DNA of 64,000 bases. Origin: Vicinamibacteria bacterium (GTDB lineage Bacteria; Acidobacteriota; Vicinamibacteria; Marinacidobacterales; Marinacidobacteraceae). Below the pieces are notes generated by a model that saw only the letters and a list, made by a program, of their open reading frames with translations, was not told the origin of the DNA and ran no database searches. The DNA lies in contig OZ219816.1 in the NCBI GenBank assembly GCA_964291235.2, positions 1,632,001 to 1,696,000 of the forward strand, written 5' to 3'. Position 1 is the first letter of the stretch; every line of letters begins with the position of its first letter. This document shows positions 8,949 to 18,800 of the stretch, piece by piece. The translations under genes were made by a program, and so were the position numbers.

Positions 8949-10960
8949 GATTCACTCTGATTTCCGCCGGCGCGGGGCTCGCGGCGGCGCTTGGGCTCTT
9001 CGCCTCCGGCGCCGGCTCGCTTCCGGCCGCCGCAAGCGCGGTGCAGACCCAACCACCGTCGCTCCCCCCGCTCGCCGAACAGCCCGCCATGATGGTGGGT
9101 TCCGCCGATTGCCTCACCTGTCACGAGCAGGCCCATGACGACTGGACATCTTCGCGCCACTCCAAGATGGTGCAGCCGGCGGTTCCGGGTCAGGTGCTGG
9201 GCGATTTCTCCCAGGAGCGGCTCACCCTCAGGGGCGAGGACTACCGGATCCGGCGGGTCGGATCGAATTACTACATCACCGAATCGTTCTTTACCGGCGA
9301 GCCAGTCGAGCATCAGGTGGACTACACGCTCGGAAACCGGCGCATCCAGCACTACCTGACCACCCTCGAAGACGGCCGGGTCATCGTGCTGCCGCCAACC
9401 TGGGACGTGCTGCGGCGCGAGTGGTTCCACAACCTGGAGATCGCCGCCCCGGATCAGGCGGAGGGAATCGTCCCGGTCCAGCTCTGGAACAAGAACTGCT
9501 TCGGCTGCCACGTCAGCGACCAGATGAAAGGCTTCCGTCCTGGTGAGAACCGTTACGACACCACCTGGCTGGATTTCGGCACCACCTGCGAGCGGTGCCA
9601 CGGCCCCGGCAGCCGGCATGTGGACAAGTACATGAACCTCGACGCCTACGGTGACGATCCCGCAAGCCACATCGTGCAGCAGACCCGGCTGGACCACCAG
9701 ACGAACTCCATGGTCTGCGGCCAGTGCCACTCGTTCCGGGACCAGATGGCCTTCGGATTCGCGGCCGGCGACAACTACTTCGACTACTTCTTCCCGATTC
9801 TCGAGTACACCCAGGAGCCTTCCGAGGATCCCACCTGGTATCCGGACGGGAAAACCCGGCGGTTCTCGACCAACACGCTGGGCATCTGGCAGAGCGAGTG
9901 TTTCGTGGTCGGCGGCGCTACCTGCACCGGCTGCCACATCGATCCGCACCGGCCCGACATCGAGAAGAACGAGCAGCTCCTGCCGACGAACAACGGCCTC
10001 TGCACCGGCTGCCACGAGGCGATCGGGAACGACCTGACCGCGCACACCTTCCATCCGGCCGAGAGCGAGGGCAGTTCCTGCGTCGAGTGCCACATGCCGC
10101 GAAGCGTCACCAGCATTCGGGCGAAGATGCGCGACCACAGCATCTCGGTTCCGTCGCCCTCGAACACCGCAAGGTTCGGGATCCCAAACGCCTGCAACGA
10201 GTGTCATACAGCGGAGACTCCGGAGTGGGCCGTGGCCCGCATGGACGAATGGTGGGGCGAGACCCCGCGCCGGCGGAAGATCGAGCGGCGGGCCGAGGCC
10301 TACACCGGGGCGCGCGAACTGAGCCGGGAGGCGCTCGATCTCCTGCTCGCGATCTCCGCGGACGAGGCCGAGGGACCGATCAACCGGGCGAACGCCGCCG
10401 GGCATCTGGGCCGCTACCTGGCCGATCCCCAGACCCGGGAACCCGCGACCGCCGCCCTCCTCGCCGCTTCCGGCGACTCCCATCCGCTGGTGCGGGCGGT
10501 CGCTTCCCTGAAACTCGGCGAGACCGGGAACGCGGATTCGGCCGAAATTCGGGACACCCTCGTCGCCCGCGTTCAGGACGAGCGGCGGTCGGTGCGAATG
10601 AACGCCGCGATCTCGCTCCTCAACCTCGGGATCCGCACCCTTCCGGGGGAAGCCGAGAACAGTTTCGAACTCGCCAAGCGGCTGCACGCCATCCGGGGCA
10701 ATTTCTTCGCCGACGACGCTCCCCAGCAACTCAACCTGGGACGTCTCCACGTGCTCGACGGGAACCCCGCGGCTGCCGGACAGGCGTTCGAACAAAGCTA
10801 CAACCTCGATCCCGAACAGCCCGGAATCCGCTTCTTCATGGCGGTCACCCGTCTCTCTCAGCAGCGCTTTCCGGAGGCCCGCGAACTGCTCCGCTCCGTG
10901 CCCGCCGAAGATCCCTTCGCCCAGGAAGCGGCGAATCTCCTCCGTCAGCTGGAACCCTGA
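8945..10960 (+). CDS. Secreted octaheme c-type cytochrome with HEAT-like and TPR repeats
   Basis: GTGA overlap; signal peptide; eight CxxCH motifs (CLTCH, CFGCH, CERCH, CGQCH, CTGCH twice, CVECH, CNECH); HPLVRAVA and RSVRMNAA HEAT-like segments. Confidence 0.88.
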   Translation: MRFTLISAGAGLAAALGLFASGAGSLPAAASAVQTQPPSLPPLAEQPAMMVGSADCLTCHEQAHDDWTSSRHSKMVQPAVPGQVLGDFSQERLTLRGEDYRIRRVGSNYYITESFFTGEPVEHQVDYTLGNRRIQHYLTTLEDGRVIVLPPTWDVLRREWFHNLEIAAPDQAEGIVPVQLWNKNCFGCHVSDQMKGFRPGENRYDTTWLDFGTTCERCHGPGSRHVDKYMNLDAYGDDPASHIVQQTRLDHQTNSMVCGQCHSFRDQMAFGFAAGDNYFDYFFPILEYTQEPSEDPTWYPDGKTRRFSTNTLGIWQSECFVVGGATCTGCHIDPHRPDIEKNEQLLPTNNGLCTGCHEAIGNDLTAHTFHPAESEGSSCVECHMPRSVTSIRAKMRDHSISVPSPSNTARFGIPNACNECHTAETPEWAVARMDEWWGETPRRRKIERRAEAYTGARELSREALDLLLAISADEAEGPINRANAAGHLGRYLADPQTREPATAALLAASGDSHPLVRAVASLKLGETGNADSAEIRDTLVARVQDERRSVRMNAAISLLNLGIRTLPGEAENSFELAKRLHAIRGNFFADDAPQQLNLGRLHVLDGNPAAAGQAFEQSYNLDPEQPGIRFFMAVTRLSQQRFPEARELLRSVPAEDPFAQEAANLLRQLEP

Positions 10961-10985
10961 GAGCCGGGAGAAGGTGCGCTCCCCG

Positions 10986-11345
10986 ATGAGCCGCACCGCC
11001 GCACTGCTTGCGGCATTCATGGGTCGGGTGGCGGGAACCGGTCTGGCTGAGCCCGCCTCCGGTCAGGAACGCCGCTTCCATTTCGGGATCGGCGTCCCGG
11101 TGGAAACTCCCGGAGTCACCTACGAGAAGGCCGTGGACAACACCGACCCGGGCACCCTCGTCCCGGCCCGCGCCGCGGCCAGGTATTCGAGGAAGAAGGT
11201 TCCGCAAGCGGTTCGCTCGCCGGGTTCGCGCTACTGGCCGGTTACCGGTGGCCACTGGGCGGCGAGAGCGTGTTCCTGAGCGCCGAACTGGATGCCGTGT
11301 TCCATCGCGGCGCCCTGGAGGCCGAACTCCCGGGGCGGCGGGCCG
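10986..11345 (+). pseudogene. Frameshifted, truncated outer-membrane beta-barrel gene fragment
   Basis: Signal-like N-terminus and QERRFHFGIG...YEKAVDNT, then in another frame FALLAGYRWPLGGESVFLSAELD; fades out just before the 3' end of the convergent gene. Confidence 0.45.
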
Positions 11346-11428
11346 AGTCTGTCCCTGATGCTCGTGTTCGGGCGGTAGCTCAACGCCGGGTTCGCCCGCT
11401 TCTCGGACCAGCGTCGCGGTCCGCGGCG

Positions 11429-14400
11429 CTATCGGTCCCGATCAGGAGCCACGGCGCGAACCTCCGGCAGCAGGTGGCCACGGAGCACGAGGCCGTACGA
11501 GGGGCCATGGAACGCGTACCGGCTCCGGTCCGCCTGGAGACTCAGCGCCCAGCGCGCGCCGACCCTCATCCGACTGCCGAAGCGGAAGCTTCGGGTGCCG
11601 GACGGCGAATAGACGAATCCGCTGAAAGGAATCACCATGGCGCCCCCTCTCAGGGTCTCGAAGCCGTAACCGATCTCCGCCTCATGGCGGCCCTGGAGCA
11701 TCCCCGGGAAGTGGTTCACGGCGCTGGTGTCGGACCACAGGTGCTGGACGGTGCTTGCCGCGGCGCCGTGTACCGAGTGCAACCGGACCGCCAGTCCCAG
11801 GTAGTCGGGCCCCGGGTCGAGCCGCAGGGATCCGCCGAGGCCCCACTCGCGATAGCGCTCATCCTCGTGGGACACGAGGGAACGGCCGGTCATCTCCATG
11901 GACAACCCGCGGTCCCGGTTGCGATACCGGAGGCCCGACGCGACTTCGAGGCCCTGTCCCGATTCGGCGTCGCCGGCGTCCTGGCGGAAGCCCGCCTCGA
12001 CCAGCGGGCTGAGTTCCCCGCCCCCGATGGACGCGAGCTGAAACGAACCCTCCAGCAAGAGCCGGGTTCGCTGGGCTTCGGCGACGGAAGCCCGGCGGAC
12101 ATGCGTGGCATCGGACTCCAGCTCCACCCAGAAGATGTCGGACTTCACCGCCAGCCCGATTCCCGATCCGGAAAGAAGCGGCAGGTCGCCGCGGCCGCCG
12201 AACGCCCACATTCTCATGTGGAGATCGGCGTCCTGTTCGCCGCCCGAGATCCGGAGCGTGCCCGCACCGATTCCGCCGAGCCCCCACACCCGGAGCCACT
12301 CGGCGAGCGAGACGTGCACGTACGGATGAGCACTGCCGAGGATGCTCCAGATCTTCCCCATCCGTTCCGACTGGACCGCGGTCCCGCCCACGTGGTAGTC
12401 GCCGGTTCCAACGCTGCCGGCGAGCGCCAGGCCGCCAGTCAACCGGCCGCTCTGGACGTCGAATCCGGCGGTGACGCTTGACACCTCGCCGCTGAGCCCC
12501 ACGCCCGGATCGAGGCCGTCGAACTCCGTGTAGGAACCCCGGCCCCAGGCCGTCCAGCGTCCCCCGAATCCCCCTCCCGACGGGCCCTCCTGACTCTGGA
12601 CGACGAACGACGATCCGGAGAGGATCCGTCCCGCATCGAACCCGAGGGATGTCGCCTCCCGGCGATCGGGCGACGCCTCCGTCCCATGGGGCATCCACCG
12701 GCGGTAGCGCTCCACGCCGCCGAAGCCGAGGCTCGAGCGCATGGGACCGGATCCCAGAACGAAGTGGGAGCCCGGACCATCCGGGTTCGCGAAGCGGTCG
12801 CCGACGGCGTCCACGACCTGACTCGCCACTGTGCGGCCAAAGCGGGAGACCCAGGCGTCGGCCACGATCGCGTTGTCGTCGTCGTCCACGATCACGGCCG
12901 TGGCCTCGACTGCCGGGGAACCGGGTTCCCGCGGATTCGTCAGGCGGAGGTGGAAGTCTTCGTCCGCCTCGTCCAGGACGTCGTTCACGATCGCGACCGG
13001 GAGGGTGTCGCGGGTCTCGCCGGGCTCGAAGGTCAGGGTGCCGGTCAGTCCATCGAAGTCCTCGCCGGCGGTCGCCGTCCCATCCACCGTCCGGTAGTCC
13101 CAGGTGACCCGCTTGCCGGAAATGGTGTCAAGCGTCACCACGAATTCCATGCCGCCGGACCGCTCGGCCACCGTAACGTCCGGCACCCCCGGTTGCGGTT
13201 CCGCATCGTCGTCCTCGATGGTCCCAACGGCGAGCAGATCCCCCGCCACCGCGTAGCGGAGCCGGCTCAGCACCATTTCGACGGTCTCGTGCCCTTCGTC
13301 GAGCGCGTCGTCGAGGACCGTCACCCAGATCCGCTCTCCGTCGCTTCCCGGCGGGATCGTGAGCGTTCCGGAAGTGGGCCGGTAGTCGGTGTCCGCGATG
13401 GCCGAGACGGCCCGAGTCGCATAGTTCACGCTGACCGTCCGCCCGCTATCCGAGGCGAGGAAGACGAGGAAGCCGATGCGTCCGTCACCCTCCGGGGCGC
13501 TCACGTCCTCGATGAACAGTTGTGTTTCGCCGTCATCGTCCTCGATGGTCCCGACCGCTTCGGTGGAGGCGAGTCCGGCTCCCGAAGGCCGGTCGAAGCG
13601 GACGAGAAAGGTCTCGTCGTGCTCGTCGAGGAGATCGTTCAGAATCGGGACTTCGAACTCCCCCGACGCGGCGCCCGCGGGGATCGTGAGGGTACCGCTG
13701 GCCGCCGTGTAGTCGGCCCCCGCGGTGGCGGTGCGGTCGGCGGTGGTCCAGCGCACGCTCACCGGACCGGTGCTGGTCCCGGAGAGGTCGACCGTGAACA
13801 CCATGTTCCCGGTGTTTTCCGGGGCACGGGCGTTCCGCGGCTGCATTTCCAGGCCGCCGCTCCCCGCGGCCCGGGTCTGGGTCCCGGTGCCGCCGCCGGT
13901 GCCGCCGCCGGTGACACTGCCGCTGCCGGTGCCGGTGCCGCCGCTGCTGTCGTTGTCCTCGATGACGAGGAACACCGACGTCACCATTGTGGCGCCCGCC
14001 GTTCCGGCAACTTCAACGCTCTCATCGCGCTCAACAACCTCGTCGTCCACCGGCACGAGGGTGAACGAGCTCTGCGCGCTGGTTTGAGTGGTCGGAATCG
14101 TGAGTCTGAACCCCGAAACCGGGTCGAAATCGGTTCCCTCCTGGGCGGTCCCCGAGACCACCCTGACATCAACGTCGGTGTTTGACGTTCGTGTCGGACC
14201 ATTCCAGGCAGCGGTCACCGCAACGGAAATGCCGACAGAACCGACCCCCTCGGAGACCCGTCCGGGACTGACGCTCAGCTCGATGAACGGCGCGTCGTTG
14301 TCGGTGATCGTCACCTCCAGGAAGTCGGACACGCCGTCGTATCCCCCGCCGCTCGCATCATGATTCAGGCGCACGACCGGATCCTGGTTGGAGTCGTCGT

Positions 14401-15172
14401 CGTCCACCGCCGTCACCCTCACGGTCTGCGACTGATTCCAGTTGTTTCCCGTGAACGTCAGGGCGGATCGGTCAACCCGGACATCGGTACCCGAATGACC
14501 CGAGATCCTCACCCTCACGTTCCCGGTTGGCCGTTCGTCGAGCTCCACGGTATAGGTCTTCCCGGAAGTGTCGTCCTCGACCACGTCCAACGATTTGGTG
14601 GAAAGGGTGATGCCGGGGTTGTGAACCGTGCGAGTCGCACCTCCGTCACCCTCGTCGTCCACGACGCGGACGGTCACCCGGGCGATGCCGTGCAGGCGGG
14701 GCGGGCAATTGCTGCTCTCATCCCAAACCTCGTGGGTGAAGGTCACGAACTCGTCGTCGCTGTCATCGTCCTGAATGGCCGTGATGTTGATCCCGCGCCA
14801 CGGGGTCGGTTCCGCCGTGTCGCTGTTGTCGCTGGGAAATTCCCAGCCGGTGGACGGCGTCCAGCGAAGACCCACTTCTTCCTGCTGTTCTCGGTCGTTG
14901 CGCACTTGTCCGTTCGCGTGGACCCGAACCCACCATCCGACCTGACTGCTGGGATCGATCACGGGTTGCTGGCTGAGCCTCAGGTAGTAGGTAACGGCGT
15001 CTCCTTCGTTGATCTCGATCCGCACCGTACTGGTGGCGGGCGCATCCCCGTTCCGCGAGACCTCCACCGTCCCGCCCCAGTCGAAGATCGGGGAGTCCTC
15101 CTGGGCATGGGCCAGAGGGGCCAGCATCCCGAACGGCAGGATCCCTACTCCGAACGCGAGGGACTTCAACAC
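11429..15172 (-). CDS. Large surface protein with Calx-beta/Ig-like repeats and autotransporter-like C-terminal beta-barrel
   Basis: Signal peptide ending AHA-Q; repeated TA-AG-DY...GTLTIP-G...DD-LDE-ETF Calx-beta units; Gly/Thr linker; AWVSRFGRTVASQVVDAV followed by amphipathic beta-strands; start uncertain (ORF open to 15478). Confidence 0.85.
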   Translation of the reverse strand: MLKSLAFGVGILPFGMLAPLAHAQEDSPIFDWGGTVEVSRNGDAPATSTVRIEINEGDAVTYYLRLSQQPVIDPSSQVGWWVRVHANGQVRNDREQQEEVGLRWTPSTGWEFPSDNSDTAEPTPWRGINITAIQDDDSDDEFVTFTHEVWDESSNCPPRLHGIARVTVRVVDDEGDGGATRTVHNPGITLSTKSLDVVEDDTSGKTYTVELDERPTGNVRVRISGHSGTDVRVDRSALTFTGNNWNQSQTVRVTAVDDDDSNQDPVVRLNHDASGGGYDGVSDFLEVTITDNDAPFIELSVSPGRVSEGVGSVGISVAVTAAWNGPTRTSNTDVDVRVVSGTAQEGTDFDPVSGFRLTIPTTQTSAQSSFTLVPVDDEVVERDESVEVAGTAGATMVTSVFLVIEDNDSSGGTGTGSGSVTGGGTGGGTGTQTRAAGSGGLEMQPRNARAPENTGNMVFTVDLSGTSTGPVSVRWTTADRTATAGADYTAASGTLTIPAGAASGEFEVPILNDLLDEHDETFLVRFDRPSGAGLASTEAVGTIEDDDGETQLFIEDVSAPEGDGRIGFLVFLASDSGRTVSVNYATRAVSAIADTDYRPTSGTLTIPPGSDGERIWVTVLDDALDEGHETVEMVLSRLRYAVAGDLLAVGTIEDDDAEPQPGVPDVTVAERSGGMEFVVTLDTISGKRVTWDYRTVDGTATAGEDFDGLTGTLTFEPGETRDTLPVAIVNDVLDEADEDFHLRLTNPREPGSPAVEATAVIVDDDDNAIVADAWVSRFGRTVASQVVDAVGDRFANPDGPGSHFVLGSGPMRSSLGFGGVERYRRWMPHGTEASPDRREATSLGFDAGRILSGSSFVVQSQEGPSGGGFGGRWTAWGRGSYTEFDGLDPGVGLSGEVSSVTAGFDVQSGRLTGGLALAGSVGTGDYHVGGTAVQSERMGKIWSILGSAHPYVHVSLAEWLRVWGLGGIGAGTLRISGGEQDADLHMRMWAFGGRGDLPLLSGSGIGLAVKSDIFWVELESDATHVRRASVAEAQRTRLLLEGSFQLASIGGGELSPLVEAGFRQDAGDAESGQGLEVASGLRYRNRDRGLSMEMTGRSLVSHEDERYREWGLGGSLRLDPGPDYLGLAVRLHSVHGAAASTVQHLWSDTSAVNHFPGMLQGRHEAEIGYGFETLRGGAMVIPFSGFVYSPSGTRSFRFGSRMRVGARWALSLQADRSRYAFHGPSYGLVLRGHLLPEVRAVAPDRDR

Positions 15173-15528
15173 CGTCCGGCGCTTACCTGTCAACCAGTCC
15201 AACGTCCCCCGCAGGGTTCCGGATCGCAGCCGATGGCGACCCGCAGCGCGGCGCCGACCTTGCCGAATTCCTCCTCCTTGAGACGACCTGCGGCTTCGCC
15301 CAGCCGGAAGCGCGAGACGGTCATCACCGCGTCCAGGTTCGCCGCCGCCTGATTTCGGACCGAGGTGCTGCGCCCAGGCGCCGGCTGGCAGGTGCGGCTT
15401 ACGCCCCAAGGGGTCGTAGTTCCGGGGCGGCGGGCCTTCGTTCAGCGCGGCGGGCCACCGAAGGCACGGTGGGGCCAAGGAGGTCTGCTGCGGACCGGCG
15501 GCTCCGCCGAGGGCGGCGGAAGCGGGTC

Positions 15529-15566
15529 GTTACAAGTGTCACATTACACACTTTACACCCGTGTGA
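15529..15566. promoter_or_regulatory. AT-rich repeated motif cluster (TTACA, GTGTCACAT) upstream of the Calx-beta gene; putative operator/promoter
   Basis: ttacaagtgtcacattacacactttacacccgtgtgac in a GC-rich context; shares two 11-mers with 33382-33405. Confidence 0.5.
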
Positions 15567-15705
15567 CGCTCGCGTGCAATGCCTTGCGGAAGCCGCCGCC
15601 GGACAAGCCGCGGCCCGAACCGCGCGGGGGATCACCCCCCGAAAGGACTCCCACCCGCGGATTGACGCCGGCCGGGTGGGTGGCTGCCCGGCCGGCGGAG
15701 CGGCG

Positions 15706-16203
15706 CTATCCGATCGCGGCCTGGAGGTGCATGTTGCCGAAGTGGATCGTGAGCACCGGCTTCCCGGCGAAGTCTCCGCTTCCGGCGGTGATGTCGATCA
15801 GCATGTGGTCGGCGGTCCCCATCTGGTCGGAATAGCGGGAATCCAGCTTCATGACCTTGCCCATGTCGGGCATCTCGCCCCGGGGGATCCGGCCCTCATG
15901 GAGCGCCATCGACCAGGAACCGTCGTCGCCCATGACAACCCCGATGGTGTATTCGCCGGCGGCGATCGTCATATCGCCCGCCATGACATCGGCTGAGATA
16001 TTCAGGCGCGGGCCCCGGGGGCTGACGAAAGTGCCCGCCGCGATGGCCTCGACGTGGTCCATGTTGGCGTCGGTGGAGTTGTAGGAGACGGAAACCTCCG
16101 TCTCACCGATGGTGGTGGACACCGTCTTGTTGAAATGGGGATGCGCGAACGCCAGCGCCGAAACGGCGAGGGCGGCAAGCGTCAAGGTGGCAATGCGGGT
16201 CAT
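15706..16203 (-). CDS. Secreted DUF2911-like protein
   Basis: Signal peptide AFA-HPH; SVSY, IAAGEYTI and LTIHFG pattern. Confidence 0.6.
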   Translation of the reverse strand: MTRIATLTLAALAVSALAFAHPHFNKTVSTTIGETEVSVSYNSTDANMDHVEAIAAGTFVSPRGPRLNISADVMAGDMTIAAGEYTIGVVMGDDGSWSMALHEGRIPRGEMPDMGKVMKLDSRYSDQMGTADHMLIDITAGSGDFAGKPVLTIHFGNMHLQAAIG

Positions 16204-16265
16204 GAGTCTTTCTCCGATTGGAAGGAACAGGCCGTCCGCCGGCCGTGATTGCGTTCGCGGAAATC

Positions 16266-17489
16266 TTAGGCCACGCCGCTGAGGACGGCCGGAGAATGAT
16301 CCCGGCGCCACGCGCGCGCCACCTCGAGTACCCGGTCGATGTCGGTCTCGTCGTTGTGAATGAAACAGGAAAAGCGCAAGACCGCGCGGCGCACGGACAT
16401 CACCACGTCGGCGGCCTTCAGCCGGGCCCAGAGATCGGCAAGCGCCGGATCCTTCACCGTCCTTTCTCCCTGACGGCCAAGTTCCCCGACGGTCACGATG
16501 TGGGAAAGCCACGGGCCCGGCGCACCGCCGGTCAGCGGCAGATCCAGATCGGCGAGTCCGTTTGCGAGGCGCCGCGCCAACCCCAGGCTCCGTTCCTCGA
16601 TCGCCGCCGCCCCGAACGATTCCAACATCTCCAGGGCGCGGTCCGCGGCGACCGCGCCCAGGTAGTTGTAGTTGCCGAGATCGAAGCGGCGCGCTCCCGG
16701 CGCGTAGGGGATGTCGGCATCGGGAAGCGCCGTCTCGGAGGCATTGAAGAGCACCCCGTGACGGCCGAGCGCGGCGGGTTTGAGCGCCTCGGCGACGCCC
16801 CGGCGGCAGTAGAGGAAGCCGGTCCCGTAGAACGCGGAAAGCGACTTCTGGGTGGCTACCGCCAGGACATCAGCACCCATCCGGTCCACATCGGTGCGGA
16901 GCACGCCCACGGACTGCGCCGCGTCCACCACCAGATGGGCCCCGTGCAGATCCCGCGCCTCCTTCAGCGGAGCGAGATCGGCCACGTAGCCGGGTGAGTA
17001 GGACACCGCGGCGGCCGCGATCACCCGGGTACGAGGCCCCACCGCCTCCGCCATCCGCACCGACGGCAGCCGCCCGCCGTCCGCCGGCACCGCCTTCAGT
17101 CGGACACCTTGCCGGAGCGCCAGGTTGCGCCAGGGCAGCACGTTCGCCGGATGTTCGAGATCGGGGCAATAGACCACCTCGTCCCCACGGCGCCAATCGA
17201 TGGCCCCGAGGAAGAGGTTCATCCCATCGGTCACGTTCCGGGTCCAGGCCACCTCGTCCGGATGCGCTCCGATCCAGTGGGCGAAACGGGCACGCCCCCG
17301 CTCCACCGTATCGAAGAGCCCATCCTTGTCGGGTCCCCCCTCCATGGCGCCGTCCAGATACCAGTCGCAGACCTCGCGTACCGGGCGGGCGAGCAGGCTG
17401 CGCACCGCGACGTTCAGATAGGGGCGCCGGGGCGCACCCGGATAGAGGGCGCGCGCGGACCGGATGGATGCGGCTTCAGGATGCGGCAT
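16266..17489 (-). CDS. Class V aminotransferase (PLP; cysteine desulfurase/isopenicillin epimerase-like)
   Basis: YLNVA, N-TDG-N, EHPANV-PW, VVDAAQSVG, ATQKSL and G-GFLY. Confidence 0.88.
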   Translation of the reverse strand: MPHPEAASIRSARALYPGAPRRPYLNVAVRSLLARPVREVCDWYLDGAMEGGPDKDGLFDTVERGRARFAHWIGAHPDEVAWTRNVTDGMNLFLGAIDWRRGDEVVYCPDLEHPANVLPWRNLALRQGVRLKAVPADGGRLPSVRMAEAVGPRTRVIAAAAVSYSPGYVADLAPLKEARDLHGAHLVVDAAQSVGVLRTDVDRMGADVLAVATQKSLSAFYGTGFLYCRRGVAEALKPAALGRHGVLFNASETALPDADIPYAPGARRFDLGNYNYLGAVAADRALEMLESFGAAAIEERSLGLARRLANGLADLDLPLTGGAPGPWLSHIVTVGELGRQGERTVKDPALADLWARLKAADVVMSVRRAVLRFSCFIHNDETDIDRVLEVARAWRRDHSPAVLSGVA

Positions 17490-18693
17490 CGGCGGATTCC
17501 TCCTTCTCCCTTCGGGCCACGACCATCGTCCCCACGAGGTCACCCATGATGTTGGCGGTCGTCGTGGGCATATCCACCAACCGATAGACACCCGCCACCA
17601 GGACGCCGATCTCCACCGGCAGGCCAAAGGCGCGAAGCAGCAGGAACTGGTTGACGAGCCCGCCGTTCGGAACGCCCGGGGCGGCAGCCGAGAACAGGGA
17701 ACCCAAGGCGATCACCATCAGCAGTTGCCCCACCCCGAACGACACTCCCTGGGCCTGGGCGGTGAACAGGACGATTCCCGCGAGCAGTACGGCGCTCCCG
17801 TCCTTGTTGAACTGGGCGCCGAGCGGCAGGGTGAGGGCATAGGTCGGACGTGGCAATCCCATCTTTTCGGCGGCGTTCAGCGAGGCGCCGAGGCTCGCGA
17901 GACTGCTGCAGGTGGAGGCGGTGGTCGTCCACACGGTCGCCGTCCGCCGGACGAACGACAGCGGGGAGGTCGCCGCCAGAAAGCGGACAGCAACGAAATA
18001 CAGGACGAAGATCGCAAGATCCGCGATCCAGACCGCCGCAATATATACACCCAACGGACCAAAAATAGAACTCCCGTATTCGCCCACGCTCGCCGCGGCC
18101 AGCGCCGCCACCCCAACGGGTCCGAACCAGAGAACCCCCGCCACCAATTGGCGGAGGAGTGCGGTTCCCGAAGCGAAGAAGCGCGCGATGTCGGCGCGCC
18201 GTTCCCCGTCGAGGCCCCAGGCCGCGAAGCCCACCATCAGGCCGAGCACCACCACGGCCGTAACCCGGCCGTCCACGAAAACCCCGAGGGCGTTGTCGGG
18301 CACCAGCGTGAAGAGAAAATCCTGGAACCCGGGAGTCGCGGCGGATCCTTCACCGCCGCCCCCGGCCGCCTGGGCGAGACCGGCTCCGGGTCGCATGAGC
18401 CCCATCACGGCAAGCGCAACCAACTGAGCCGCCACCGTGGTGATCAGGAAAAAGGCGCCGATCCGGAGCAGGACGCGGCTCACCCCTCCCGAGGCTCCCG
18501 ATGAGGCCAGCGCCGAGATGAGGTTGAAGAAAACCAGCGGGACGGCGACGAGTGTCAGCAGGCGGATGAAGATGTCACCGAGAAACGCCAGACGGGTGGC
18601 GCTCTCCCCGAAGATCACTCCCAAGGCGACGCCAAGCCCCATGCCGATCAGCATCAGGTTCCCGAGCGAGGGAAGACGGCGGGCGTTGGTCAC
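17476..18693 (-). CDS. Dicarboxylate/amino acid:cation symporter (DAACS family)
   Basis: LGDIFIRLL---VPLVF, ST-SSLASL, LPLGAQFNKDG, PGVP-GG and D---TTAN--GD. Confidence 0.92.
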   Translation of the reverse strand: MTNARRLPSLGNLMLIGMGLGVALGVIFGESATRLAFLGDIFIRLLTLVAVPLVFFNLISALASSGASGGVSRVLLRIGAFFLITTVAAQLVALAVMGLMRPGAGLAQAAGGGGEGSAATPGFQDFLFTLVPDNALGVFVDGRVTAVVVLGLMVGFAAWGLDGERRADIARFFASGTALLRQLVAGVLWFGPVGVAALAAASVGEYGSSIFGPLGVYIAAVWIADLAIFVLYFVAVRFLAATSPLSFVRRTATVWTTTASTCSSLASLGASLNAAEKMGLPRPTYALTLPLGAQFNKDGSAVLLAGIVLFTAQAQGVSFGVGQLLMVIALGSLFSAAAPGVPNGGLVNQFLLLRAFGLPVEIGVLVAGVYRLVDMPTTTANIMGDLVGTMVVARREKEESADAAS

Positions 18694-18800
18694 CAGGCTG
18701 CACCGCACGGTATCAGTGGAAACGGCGGATTCCGCAGGGAATCTCGCAGCCCTCCCGTATGATCGTTTCCACGAAAGCCACCATCCCAAGGAGTCCGTCC

